Of a stretch of 56,124 nt of DNA, positions 44,141 to 53,498 are shown in pieces. The notes under the pieces are model-generated. The model saw only the letters and a list, made by a program, of their open reading frames with translations. It was not told where the DNA came from and searched no databases. Numbering within the stretch: the first letter of the stretch is position 1; each line of letters opens with the position of its first letter. A program made the position numbers and the translations under genes. Source of the stretch: a virus. Lineage: Duplodnaviria > Caudoviricetes. The stretch covers positions 1 through 56,124 of the IMG/VR virus record IMGVR_UViG_3300009168_000013; one strand, 5' to 3'.

Positions 44141-45246
44141 CGTCGGGCCGCTACCCCTACGGCTCCCCGGGTGCTGCCCTGGAGGCGCACCTGAGGAGGC
44201 TCTCCGCCGTCGAGACGGCCTCGCCCCTCGCCGTCCGGGCCACCGAGACGCTCCTCAAGTCCATCAGCCGCCGCCTCCACGGCGGGGCCGAGTCGATGCT
44301 CCGCCAGGAGTCCATCATCCTCAACCGGGCCGTCACCCACTACGTCTCGCCCGACCTCGTGGACCTGGCCCTCAACGACGACCGCCCGCCCCGGCCGCTC
44401 GACGTCGTGGAGTACGGGCTGCCCTCGTGCGGCATCGCATTCTTCGGCAAGCCGGTCGTCATCTCCGGCTACCCGGAGGGCGGGCTCCGCATGGCGGCCT
44501 GCGCCTGGCAGGTCACCCGGGTCAGCATCACCCGGCTCGACCTCTCCGGCAACGAGGTCGTCCCCGGCGGCGACATCGAGCCTGACCCCAACGACCCGGA
44601 TGCGATCCTGGTGCCCGGCGTCGTGCTCCTCTGCTACCTCTCCATCGCCGACGCCGAGCCCTTCCTCCTCGACTCTCCCCCGGCCGACCCGGCCGACCGG
44701 CACGCCCGGGAGGAGATGAAGGGCGGCCTCGACCTGCTCCGGGGCCTCGGCGACCTGGCGATGTACGACGTGCAGGGCTGGGCCGACGGCACCCACTGGC
44801 ACGAGGGGGCGGAGGACCTGTTCGTCAACGGCGAGCGGGCCGAGCCCTCCGGCGCCGTCCGGCCGGTCGTCGCGCAACTGCGCCTGTTCCTCCAGGCCTT
44901 CTGGAGCCTCCTCAACGAGCACATCGTCGTCGGCGAGCGCCCGGAGTTTGACCGGCCCACCCGCCGCCGCCTCGCCCGGTTCGGCCGGTCGCTGGAGGAG
45001 GACGGCGGCATCAAGGTGCTGCGCCTCCGCCGGGTCGACTACCCGCACGGCTCCGAGCCTCGCCCCTCCGACGCCGGGTGGACGCTCGACCACCGCATCA
45101 TCGTGCGGGAGTACTACAAGAGGGTCCGCTACAAGGACGCCAACGGCGACTGGTGCTGGCGCCGCATGAAGATCGCCCCGCACGTCCGGGGACCGGCCGA
45201 CGCCCCGCTCATCCTCAAGCACAACCTCACCACGGTCACCCGGTAG
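44137..45246 (+). CDS. Phage hypothetical protein (H..IVR....R..IAPHVRGP C-terminus)
   Basis: 369-aa ORF with typical codon usage. Confidence 0.75.
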   Translation: MTSGRYPYGSPGAALEAHLRRLSAVETASPLAVRATETLLKSISRRLHGGAESMLRQESIILNRAVTHYVSPDLVDLALNDDRPPRPLDVVEYGLPSCGIAFFGKPVVISGYPEGGLRMAACAWQVTRVSITRLDLSGNEVVPGGDIEPDPNDPDAILVPGVVLLCYLSIADAEPFLLDSPPADPADRHAREEMKGGLDLLRGLGDLAMYDVQGWADGTHWHEGAEDLFVNGERAEPSGAVRPVVAQLRLFLQAFWSLLNEHIVVGERPEFDRPTRRRLARFGRSLEEDGGIKVLRLRRVDYPHGSEPRPSDAGWTLDHRIIVREYYKRVRYKDANGDWCWRRMKIAPHVRGPADAPLILKHNLTTVTR

Positions 45247-45287
45247 TGCCTGGCGCCGCCGCCGCCGGGCGGCTAGTCTCCCGGGTG

Positions 45288-45698
45288 ATGACCACGACCT
45301 ACGACGTGGAGTCGCCCCTCGACTCCCTGCTGGCCGCCGCCGGGGACGGCTGGATCACCTACGACGCCCGGTGCTGGAGCCTCAACGAGCGCCTCCACCC
45401 GCTCCGCCTCCACGCTCTCCGCTCGGAGTGGCGGGCCGACTTCGGCACCCTCGGCCTGGCCGCCCTGCGCGAGGGCCGGGCTCGGCGGCTGGAGCGGGCC
45501 GTCGTGCTGGCCTGGCCCCGGTACGCCTCCCGCCCGCTCGACCCGGGCAACGAGGCCTCGGCCGTCAAGGCCGCCCTCGACGGCCTGGTCGACGCCGGGC
45601 TCCTCCCGGGGGACACGCCCGCCTTCGTCGCCGCCCTCGTCCACGTCTCCCCGGAGCGTGGCCCCGACCGCCTCCGCATGGCCCTGGTGCGCGCATGA
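45288..45698 (+). CDS. RusA-like Holliday junction resolvase
   Basis: DPGN....KAALDGLVDAGLL.GD catalytic pattern; leaderless after TAGTCT. Confidence 0.75.
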   Translation: MTTTYDVESPLDSLLAAAGDGWITYDARCWSLNERLHPLRLHALRSEWRADFGTLGLAALREGRARRLERAVVLAWPRYASRPLDPGNEASAVKAALDGLVDAGLLPGDTPAFVAALVHVSPERGPDRLRMALVRA

Positions 45699-45895
45699 GC
45701 CGGGGCCTGCCCAACCCGGGCTCCAAGCCGCTGCAACTGGCGTGCTCCGCCTGCCCGCAGACCGTCGTCACCCGGGCCTGCCCCGACCCGGCTCAGGGCC
45801 TCGGCTGGCCACTGCACCGCTGCACCGGCGGCGAGGTGCGCCCGTTCGACTCGGCCGTGGAGGTCGACGCCTTCCGGCTCGGTGCGGGCCGATGA
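45695..45895 (+). CDS. Small Zn-binding protein
   Basis: CSAC..HRC; ATGA overlap. Confidence 0.5.
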   Translation: MSRGLPNPGSKPLQLACSACPQTVVTRACPDPAQGLGWPLHRCTGGEVRPFDSAVEVDAFRLGAGR

Positions 45896-46179
45896 CCGAC
45901 GACCTGTTCCACTGGAGCGTCGTCATCGACGGCGAGGACGAGCGCCCCCACCTGGAGGCCGCCGCCCAGCAGGCCGAGGCCCACGCCGACGACTGGCTGC
46001 GGGAGGCCCTCATCGGCTTCCTCGTCAACGTCGTCTCCGACCCGGACCTGCCCTCCGAGGGCACCCTGGCCACCGATGCGCGCACCGTGCTCTGCGGAGT
46101 GGAGCCCTGGGGCGACTACGGCTGGGAGTTCACCTACCGGCTGGAGATGACCACGCTGGAACTCTGGGGGCCGTCGTGA
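45892..46179 (+). CDS. Hypothetical protein
   Basis: ATGA overlap. Confidence 0.55.
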   Translation: MTDDLFHWSVVIDGEDERPHLEAAAQQAEAHADDWLREALIGFLVNVVSDPDLPSEGTLATDARTVLCGVEPWGDYGWEFTYRLEMTTLELWGPS

Positions 46180-46268
46180 GGTGGGACGTGCTGGTCGGCG
46201 GAGTGCTCTGGATCGTCGCCATCTGGCTCCTCGCCTACCTCATCACCTCCCGGCTGGTCGACCGATGA
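46176..46268 (+). CDS. Single-TM micro-protein
   Basis: 30 aa, hydrophobic; coupled at both ends. Confidence 0.5.
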   Translation: MRWDVLVGGVLWIVAIWLLAYLITSRLVDR

Positions 46269-46570
46269 TCGTCCACCTCCTCGTGGCCTCCACCGCCTCG
46301 CAGGGCGGCCGGACGGGCTGCGGCCTCGCCCTGGACCGCAAGGCGCTCGACGCTCACCGCCGGGCCGGGACGGTCACCTCCTGGGCCGTCGAGGTCACCT
46401 GCCCGGCCTGTCAGGCCCGCACCCCCAAGACCGACGTAGGGCAACGGGCTCGGGCGAACATGGACCGCCTGGGCATCCCGGTCGGCACCGACGACCCGCT
46501 CCTCCTCGCCCTCGGCGCCACGCCGCTGCCCGAGACGACCTGCGAGGGCATGGTCGGCCCCGATGCCTGA
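46265..46570 (+). CDS. Zn-finger protein
   Basis: VH..CG..VTCPAC. Confidence 0.55.
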   Translation: MIVHLLVASTASQGGRTGCGLALDRKALDAHRRAGTVTSWAVEVTCPACQARTPKTDVGQRARANMDRLGIPVGTDDPLLLALGATPLPETTCEGMVGPDA

Positions 46571-47015
46571 CCCCGACCTCCTCGCCCGGGTGCGCGCACT
46601 CCAAGCCTCCCGCTCCGCCCCGGTCCAAGCGCACCAGCACGCCCTCTGGCTCTCCACCTCCCTCGACCGCACCTGGACGCTCCTCGCCCCCGGCGCCGAC
46701 GGTCAGGCCTGGGGCGGCCGCATCCGGGGCCAACCCCTCATCGTCATCTGGAGCGCCGCCACCGAGGACGACGGCCTCGTCTGGCTCCACGCCTCCGCTG
46801 TCGCCGGTCCCCGCCGGGCTCCCCGGCTCCCCACCTACGACGAGATGGCGATGGTCAAGCGACTGTTCTGCGGGACCCACCGCCCCGCCCTCTCCGTCTG
46901 GCCCCGAGAGTCGGAGCACGTCAACCTCCATCCCCACGCCCTCCACGTCTGGGCGCCCTTCGACGCCACCACCTGGCCCCTTCCCCGCTTCGACGCCCAC
47001 ACCGGGAGCATCTGA
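46563..47015 (+). CDS. Phage hypothetical protein (H.S...R.PTY.EM..VK..HVN.HP..LH.W)
   Basis: His-rich motif pattern common in phages. Confidence 0.7.
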   Translation: MPDPDLLARVRALQASRSAPVQAHQHALWLSTSLDRTWTLLAPGADGQAWGGRIRGQPLIVIWSAATEDDGLVWLHASAVAGPRRAPRLPTYDEMAMVKRLFCGTHRPALSVWPRESEHVNLHPHALHVWAPFDATTWPLPRFDAHTGSI

Positions 47016-47348
47016 GTGCCGCCCCTCCACATCGTCGCCACCAATGTCAGCCCTCCGCCGTACCCTCTGGCCTGCGAACTGTGCCCCTGGGCGAAGCCAG
47101 CCCACCACGCCACCACCTGCCGGGTCACCTTCGACGGGCAACGCCACCCGCCCTCCGCCACCGCTGCCCAACGGCGTGCTCACGGCCCCGGCTGGTGGCT
47201 CCCGCTGATGTGCGCGCAGATCGTGGACGGCCGCTCCGTCGTCGTCGAGGGCAACCAGGCCGCCGTCCCCACCTGCTCCGGCGACCTCGTGTTCGTCGAC
47301 ATGGAGCCGCCCCGAGCCCGGGCCGAGCCCCCGCCGAGCCTGTTCTGA
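47016..47348 (+). CDS. Cys-rich hypothetical protein
   Basis: SD GGGAG; CELC. Confidence 0.55.
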   Translation: MPPLHIVATNVSPPPYPLACELCPWAKPAHHATTCRVTFDGQRHPPSATAAQRRAHGPGWWLPLMCAQIVDGRSVVVEGNQAAVPTCSGDLVFVDMEPPRARAEPPPSLF

Positions 47349-47407
47349 CACAACAACCTGCACCGGGGCGAGTAGACGTGCCACATCAACCCGCTACGCT
47401 CCCGGCC

Positions 47408-47611
47408 GTGCCCGAGGCCCCGCTCCCGCAGGTCGCCCTCACCCTCAACGTCGTCCTCTCGGAGGAGTGCTTCGCCTGGCTGGAGGTGGAGTGCCAAGGG
47501 CGGGACCTCTCGCTGGACGCCCTCACCGGCGCCGTGCTCGACTACTGGACGTACCAGCAGGGCCGCCGCCCGCTGTCGGCCTCGGCCAGGAGTGTTCGCC
47601 ATGCCGGATGA
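47408..47611 (+). CDS. Small ribbon-helix-helix-like protein
   Basis: Leaderless after TACGCT; beta-alpha-alpha pattern. Confidence 0.45.
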   Translation: MPEAPLPQVALTLNVVLSEECFAWLEVECQGRDLSLDALTGAVLDYWTYQQGRRPLSASARSVRHAG

Positions 47612-48185
47612 CAACGTGCTCTCGTTCCCCGGGGCCGGGGCTCCGGCTCCTCCCCGAGGCGAGGAGCCCATCGACGTCGACCTGGACCCGGTCGCCCCTC
47701 CGCCCGGTGCCGAGCGTCCGGGGCAGCGGGCCGTGCGCGGAGTCACCCTCGTCCGCAACCCGGTCGTCACCGACTCGATCCTGACCGCCATCCGGGCCGG
47801 TGTGCCCCACTCGGTCGCCGCCGCCCTCGCCGGTGTGCCCCCGGCCACGTTCCACAAGTGGCGTCAGCGGGCTCTCGCCCACCTGGAGGCCCGGGACGCT
47901 GGCCGCCCGCTCAAGCCTGCCGACTCGCCCTACGCCGTGTTCTGGATGGAGGTCGAGAAGGCCAGCGCCCACTCGGAGAGCCGCCTCGTCTCCCTCATCG
48001 CCGTCGCCGCCCAGCGGGACTGGCGGGCTGCGGCCTGGATGCTGGAGCGCCGCTTCCCCGAGCGCTACGCCCTGGCCGCCGCCCCCGCTCCGGCCTCGCT
48101 CGACGTGCCCGCCGGGGAGGATGCGCGCACCGCTCTCGCCGCCCGCATCGACGCCATCCAGAAGCGCACCGGCACCTCCGGGTGA
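47601..48185 (+). CDS. Terminase small subunit (HTH)
   Basis: AI.AG....AA.LAGV...TF.KW and DWRAAAWMLERRFPE; upstream of the large subunit. Confidence 0.75.
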   Translation: MPDDNVLSFPGAGAPAPPRGEEPIDVDLDPVAPPPGAERPGQRAVRGVTLVRNPVVTDSILTAIRAGVPHSVAAALAGVPPATFHKWRQRALAHLEARDAGRPLKPADSPYAVFWMEVEKASAHSESRLVSLIAVAAQRDWRAAAWMLERRFPERYALAAAPAPASLDVPAGEDARTALAARIDAIQKRTGTSG

Positions 48186-48367
48186 GCGACCACTTCGCCC
48201 GTCATTGCCCGGCCGCCTGGTGCGCTACGGGCCACGGCGTCTCGACCGTCGTGTTCCCCAACGGCTCCACGGCCTCCTGCTGGGGCGAGCACCCGCTCAC
48301 GCCCGTCCTGGCCCAAGTGGCCCTCGAAGCCTGGTACGCCCGGGAGACGGCATCTGAGGGGCTCTGA
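48182..48367 (+). CDS. Hypothetical protein
   Basis: GTGA overlap. Confidence 0.5.
   Translation: MSDHFARHCPAAWCATGHGVSTVVFPNGSTASCWGEHPLTPVLAQVALEAWYARETASEGL
48344..48365 (+). repeat. 23-bp dispersed motif, copy 4
   Basis: gagacggcatctgaggggctct. Confidence 0.65.
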
Positions 48368-48472
48368 GTGCTACGAGAGGCCCTGCTCCGCCCCGACCTC
48401 TGGGTCGCCCTGGCCGCCGGGCTGGTCGTCGGCGCCTTCCTCGGCTGGATGCTCACCGACCGTGGCCCGTAA
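48368..48472 (+). CDS. Single-TM micro-protein
   Basis: 34 aa, hydrophobic. Confidence 0.4.
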   Translation: MLREALLRPDLWVALAAGLVVGAFLGWMLTDRGP

Positions 48473-48734
48473 GCCCTCCGGCCGCCCGCCGGGCCGCCCC
48501 ACCCCCGACGAGCCGCTCGACCAGACGCTCCACGTCCGCCTCTCCACCGCGCAGCGCACCTGGATCGAGGCCTATGCCGCCGAGCGGGGCCTGGCCTCCG
48601 CCTCCGACGGCCTGCGCCACGTCCTGGCCCGGGTCATCGCCGGGACGCCGCCCCCGGGGCCGCCCGCTCCTCGCCCGGTCGCCCCTCGCCGGGTCTACGG
48701 CTCGCTCAACCCGCCGACTAGCGTGGACCCATGA
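48462..48734 (+). CDS. Ribbon-helix-helix-like DNA-binding protein
   Basis: GRP, LHVRLS..Q...IE.YA..RG..S.S..LR. Confidence 0.6.
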   Translation: MARKPSGRPPGRPTPDEPLDQTLHVRLSTAQRTWIEAYAAERGLASASDGLRHVLARVIAGTPPPGPPAPRPVAPRRVYGSLNPPTSVDP

Positions 48735-49006
48735 CCGTCACCGTCACGCTCCCCGACGACCTCGCCCGTCGCCTCGACGCCATCCGCCTCGACGAGGAGT
48801 CACGCTCCGCCCTGGCCACCCGCCTCCTCGAAGGCACCCTCGACGAGCCTCCTCCGCCCGCCCCGCTCATGGAGGTGCTCGCCGTCAAGCCGCCCACCTC
48901 GGGCCATCGCCGCCACGAGGCTGTCGCCACCGCCTTCGACGGCCGGGCCGCCCTCTGCGCCTGCGGGGCCGTGCGCGCAGGCGCCGGACCCTGGTACATG
49001 GCGTGA
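48731..49006 (+). CDS. CopG/RHH-like protein
   Basis: VTVTLPDDL..RLD...ESRSAL. Confidence 0.6.
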   Translation: MTVTVTLPDDLARRLDAIRLDEESRSALATRLLEGTLDEPPPPAPLMEVLAVKPPTSGHRRHEAVATAFDGRAALCACGAVRAGAGPWYMA

Positions 49007-49215
49007 GGACGTTCGTGCTCCAGCGGGACGCCGACGCCACCGGCGTCTCCGGCACCGGCATCGTCGCCGAGGGAGTCGAGTTCAGCGACGGCGTCGTCTG
49101 CCTGCACTGGATCGGCGCCTGGCCCTCCTCGGTCGTCCACTACGAGCGGGGCATGGACTCGGTGCTCCACGTCCACGGCCACGACGGGCAGACCCGGGTC
49201 ATCTGGACGTCGTGA
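49003..49215 (+). CDS. Phage hypothetical protein (D.TGVSGTG.VAEGV.FSDG..HGH.G.T)
   Basis: Motif pattern common in actinophages. Confidence 0.7.
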   Translation: MRTFVLQRDADATGVSGTGIVAEGVEFSDGVVCLHWIGAWPSSVVHYERGMDSVLHVHGHDGQTRVIWTS

Positions 49216-50624
49216 CCGCCACCCTGGCCGACTTCCACCGGGACCCGGCCGACTTCTCCGACGCCGAGGCCTTCGCCGGGCTGCCCGCCGCCGTGCGGGC
49301 CGAGGCCATCGACTCCCTCACCGACGATCAGGTCGCCGACCTCCTGGTCGACTGGCACTGGTGGCGCCGCCCCCGCCAGGTCGTGCCGGACGGGCCGTGG
49401 CGAGTCGCCTGGTACCGGGCCGGTCGTGGCGCCGGTAAGACCCGCACCGGGGCCGAGGAGGTCCTCGACCGGGTCCGCTCGGGCCGCCTGCGCCGTGGCG
49501 CCCTCGTCGCCCCCACCGTCGCCGACTACCGGGACACCATGATCGAGGGAGTCACCGGCATCCTGGCCTGCCTGCGCGCACACCGGGGCGAGACGGCCGA
49601 CTACCAGGCCACCCGCCGCCGGGTCGTGTTCTGGAACGGGGCCGTCGCCTACTGCTACTCCGGCCAGCACCCCGACCGCCTTCGTGGCCCCCAGCACGAC
49701 TTCCTCTGGTGGGACGAGCCCGCCGCCACCCGCTACGGCCAACTCTGCTGGGAGAACGCCGACTTCGGGCTGCGCCTCGGCCCCCAGCCGCAGGCCCTCC
49801 TCACCGGCACCCCCAAGCCGATCACCTGGCTGCGGGAACTGTCGGACGACCCGGGCACCGTCACCCTGCGGGGCTCCCTGTTCGACAACCTCCTCAACCT
49901 GCCCGAGCCGTTCGTCGCTGCGATCCTCCGCCGGTACGAGGGCACCCGCCTGGGCGCGCAGGAGATTCACGGCGACTTCCTCGAAGGTGCTGAGGGCGCC
50001 CTCTGGGTCATCCACACCATCGACGAGCACCGCTGGACGGCGGCTCCTCCCGGGTGGAGGGTCGTGGTCGGTGTCGATCCGCCGGGGGAGACGGCCGAGT
50101 GCGGCATCGTCGTCGTGGCGGGGCCTCGCCAGGCGACCACCACGACCCACGCCGCTGTCGTGGACGACCGCTCCCGCCGGGGCTCGCCCGAAGTCTGGGG
50201 AGCCGCTGTCGTGCAGGCCTGGCGGGACCACGCTGCGGAGAAGGTCGTCGTGGAGAAGAACCAGGGTGGGGACATGGTCCGGGCCGTCATCCACGCCATC
50301 GACTCCTCCTGCCCGGTCGAGAAGATCACCGCAGTTGGCTCCAAGGCGGAGCGGGCCTTCCCGGTCGCCGCTCAGTACACCCAGGGCCGGGTCCACCACG
50401 TCGGCGTGCTGGGCGACCTGGAGGCTCAGCAGATCACCTGGGTCCCCACGGAGGGCAAGAGCCCGGACCGCATCGACGCCCTCGTCCACGCTCTCGCCGA
50501 GGTGCTCCCGGTCGAGCCCATCCCGCCGTCGGCCGTGGACTCGCCCGCTGCGCGCACCCTGACGGGCCTGCCCGCCCCGGGCTCCGTCTCGGCGCTCTCC
50601 CTGCCCGGGGCTCGCCGCCGCTGA
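49212..50624 (+). CDS. terL: Terminase large subunit
   Basis: Walker A AGRGAGKT, LRGPQ, WWDE (Walker B), GVDP, VEKNQGG and SPDRIDALVHA. Confidence 0.95.
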   Translation: MTATLADFHRDPADFSDAEAFAGLPAAVRAEAIDSLTDDQVADLLVDWHWWRRPRQVVPDGPWRVAWYRAGRGAGKTRTGAEEVLDRVRSGRLRRGALVAPTVADYRDTMIEGVTGILACLRAHRGETADYQATRRRVVFWNGAVAYCYSGQHPDRLRGPQHDFLWWDEPAATRYGQLCWENADFGLRLGPQPQALLTGTPKPITWLRELSDDPGTVTLRGSLFDNLLNLPEPFVAAILRRYEGTRLGAQEIHGDFLEGAEGALWVIHTIDEHRWTAAPPGWRVVVGVDPPGETAECGIVVVAGPRQATTTTHAAVVDDRSRRGSPEVWGAAVVQAWRDHAAEKVVVEKNQGGDMVRAVIHAIDSSCPVEKITAVGSKAERAFPVAAQYTQGRVHHVGVLGDLEAQQITWVPTEGKSPDRIDALVHALAEVLPVEPIPPSAVDSPAARTLTGLPAPGSVSALSLPGARRR

Positions 50625-50670
50625 CCGCCATGCCTGGCTCTCGCCGCTGACCATCGGCTAGCCTGGGTCG

Positions 50671-51315
50671 ATGCCCACGAACAAGACCAAGAAGGTGCTG
50701 GCCGCTCTGGCCCTCGCCACCACTCTGACCGGGACGGCGGCGACCTTCGCCCCCTCGGCTGGCGCCCAGGCGGCCTGCTCCGTCGACCACCGGCTGCGCC
50801 TCGGCCAGCGAGGCTCCAGTGACGTCCGCTGCCTCCAGATCGCCCTGGAGGCCGCAGGCGTCAACCCGGGGCCGGTCGACGGCTACTTCGGCCCGGTCAC
50901 CCGGGCCGCTGTCGTCGCCTACCAGACGGCCAAGGGACTCACGGTCGACGGCTGGGTCGGCCCGCAGACCGCCGGGTCGCTCGGCATCTGGTGGGCGCCC
51001 ACCTCCCGCTCGGCCTCGGCCCCCGCCCCCCGGGCTCCCCGGACCTCGGCGCCTCGCCCTGCTCCGGCGACCAACAGCGGAGTCGACTGGGACCGCCTCG
51101 CGCAATGCGAGTCGGGCGGCAACTGGAGCATCAACACCGGCAACGGCTACTACGGCGGCCTCCAGTTCCTCGCCTCGACCTGGCGGGCCTACGGCGGCAC
51201 CGGCCTCCCCCACCAGCACTCCCGGGAGACGCAGATCGCCATTGCCGAGCGTGTTCGGGCCGACGTCGGGATGCGGGCCTGGCCCGGGTGCTCCCGCAAG
51301 TTCGGCTGGATCTAG
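50671..51315 (+). CDS. rpf: Secreted resuscitation-promoting factor (Rpf) transglycosylase with peptidoglycan-binding domain
   Basis: Signal peptide; DGYFGP.T..AV..YQ...GL.VDG.VGP; [30 protein letters not shown]. Confidence 0.9.
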   Translation: MPTNKTKKVLAALALATTLTGTAATFAPSAGAQAACSVDHRLRLGQRGSSDVRCLQIALEAAGVNPGPVDGYFGPVTRAAVVAYQTAKGLTVDGWVGPQTAGSLGIWWAPTSRSASAPAPRAPRTSAPRPAPATNSGVDWDRLAQCESGGNWSINTGNGYYGGLQFLASTWRAYGGTGLPHQHSRETQIAIAERVRADVGMRAWPGCSRKFGWI

Positions 51316-51391
51316 GCCGTTCGGCTCATCCTCAGGAAAGTTCGTGGAACAGGTTGTCTGGCCGCCGGGTGGCGGCTAGTCTATCCCCATG
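51314..51391 (+). promoter_or_regulatory. Conserved promoter repeat, copy 8
   Basis: GCCGTTCGGC 51316-25; TTGTCT 51354-59; 17 bp; TAGTCT 51377-82; ATG 51389. Confidence 0.85.
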
Positions 51392-51586
51392 AGCAACAAC
51401 CTCCCCGCCGAGCGCAAGCAGGTCGGCCTCGTCGTCGCCCTCTGCGAGGTCTACGAGGACTTCGCCCGGGGCCTTCCCGAGGCCCGCATCGCCGCCCTCA
51501 TCACCACCAGGGCTCGCCGCAAGGGCATCACCCTCGCCGACTCGGCCATCGCTGCTCTCGTCCACGACCACTTCATCAACGCCTGA
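51389..51586 (+). CDS. Hypothetical protein (leaderless)
   Basis: ATG 6 nt after the -10 box. Confidence 0.65.
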   Translation: MSNNLPAERKQVGLVVALCEVYEDFARGLPEARIAALITTRARRKGITLADSAIAALVHDHFINA

Positions 51587-51598
51587 GGAGGCACTCCC

Positions 51599-51859
51599 AT
51601 GACCACCAACCTCTCCACCCTCACCACCCTGGCGCACGCCGCCGACGTTCACCCGATGATCCGGTACAAGGCCGCCAAGGCCGCCCGGCGCCTCGTGGAC
51701 GTCACCACGGCGGGCTGGCTCGCCGAGGAGGACGCCTGCATGGCGGAGCCCTCCCGCCCGCAGAACGGCCTCGACCGCTGCGCCTGCGGCTGCAAATACT
51801 GGACCCCGCAGGACCGCTGCTTCGATTGCGGCGACGCCTTCGGCCCCGAGGGGCGGTAG
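51599..51859 (+). CDS. Zn-ribbon protein
   Basis: SD GAGGAGG; CACGCKYW...CFDCG. Confidence 0.65.
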   Translation: MTTNLSTLTTLAHAADVHPMIRYKAAKAARRLVDVTTAGWLAEEDACMAEPSRPQNGLDRCACGCKYWTPQDRCFDCGDAFGPEGR

Positions 51860-51861
51860 TC

Positions 51862-52020
51862 GTGCTCGCCTACTGCGACCTGCCCCACCCCGGCGACGAC
51901 CGGGAGGCGGCCGACTGGTGCCGCCGCTACCACCGGGTCACCCTGCCCCGCATCCCCGACGACCTCGTCCTCGGCTGCTGGGAGCCCGGCGACTACGCCG
52001 CTCGCCAGCCGCAGTTGTAG
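51862..52020 (+). CDS. Hypothetical protein
   Basis: Short ORF before the terminator. Confidence 0.45.
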   Translation: MLAYCDLPHPGDDREAADWCRRYHRVTLPRIPDDLVLGCWEPGDYAARQPQL

Positions 52021-52033
52021 GTTCGCCCCCATC

Positions 52034-52077
52034 CAGAGAGGCCCCGCCCCGTCGCCCGCCGGAGCGGGGCCTCTCTG
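52034..52077 (+). terminator. Intrinsic terminator-like hairpin
   Basis: CAGAGAGGCCCCGC / GCGGGGCCTCTCTG, 14-bp stem. Confidence 0.7.
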
Positions 52078-52120
52078 CGCGCAGCGTGTAGTCGCCCGGC
52101 GTGGCGGGTACGGTCGGCGC

Positions 52121-52270
52121 ATGACCAAGGACAAGGACGAACGCCGGACCCCTCTCGCCGAGGAGACGGACAAGCAGCGTGCCGCTCGGGAGAAGGAAGA
52201 AGCCGAGCAGCGCCACACCTACCCGCGCAACATGCCGGAGATGCCGCAGGACGAGCCCAAGGCCAAGTAG
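52121..52270 (+). CDS. Small highly charged protein (49 aa, leaderless)
   Basis: TACGGT 6 nt before ATG. Confidence 0.55.
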   Translation: MTKDKDERRTPLAEETDKQRAAREKEEAEQRHTYPRNMPEMPQDEPKAK

Positions 52271-52276
52271 CCGCCC

Positions 52277-52379
52277 GCCCCGGGGCACGGTCGCTCCTCC
52301 CTCGGTGCCCCGGGGCTAACCTCCGCTGCCGGGGGGAGGCCCTGACCCCGCCGAGCCCGGCACCCCTCCGGGCCTCCCC

Positions 52380-52380
<1 letters not shown>
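52277..52380. terminator. Two hairpins between convergent genes
   Basis: GCCCCGGGGCAC / GTGCCCCGGGGC (52277-316) and GGGGAGGCCC / GGGCCTCCCC. Confidence 0.6.
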
Positions 52381-53130
<750 letters not shown>

Positions 53131-53177
53131 GGCTGCTCCCTGGGCACGGCCTCCCCTCGGAGACTACCCTCGGCCTC

Positions 53178-53498
53178 GTGGACGGCTTCCTGCTCCTGGT
53201 CGCCTTCGTGCTGGCGGCCTACCGCCTCAGCCGCCTGGTGACGACCGATCGCATCACGATGGGGCCTCGGCACGCCATCATCCACAAGGCCAAGGAGGAC
53301 GACCCCGACCCCCTCCTCGCCACCTTCGTCACCTGCGACTGGTGCGTCTCCGTCTACACCTCGGCTCTCGTGGTCGGCCTCTCGTGGCTGTTCATCGACC
53401 CCGGGCTCGACCTGCCCTTCCTCTGGTGGGCGGCCACGGCTGGCGGGGCGGGCATCACCGCCTCCGTCGTCGACCGGATCGAGGGGATGGACGACTGA
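53178..53498 (+). CDS. DUF1360-like membrane protein
   Basis: R..RLVT.D.I and C.WC.SVY motifs; precedes the portal. Confidence 0.75.
   Translation: MDGFLLLVAFVLAAYRLSRLVTTDRITMGPRHAIIHKAKEDDPDPLLATFVTCDWCVSVYTSALVVGLSWLFIDPGLDLPFLWWAATAGGAGITASVVDRIEGMDD

Noticed and set aside
9191-51391. Promoter repeats as a CRISPR array or integron attC sites
   Set aside because: They are dispersed and degenerate, carry -35/-10 geometry, have no regular spacers, and no cas or integron integrase gene is present.
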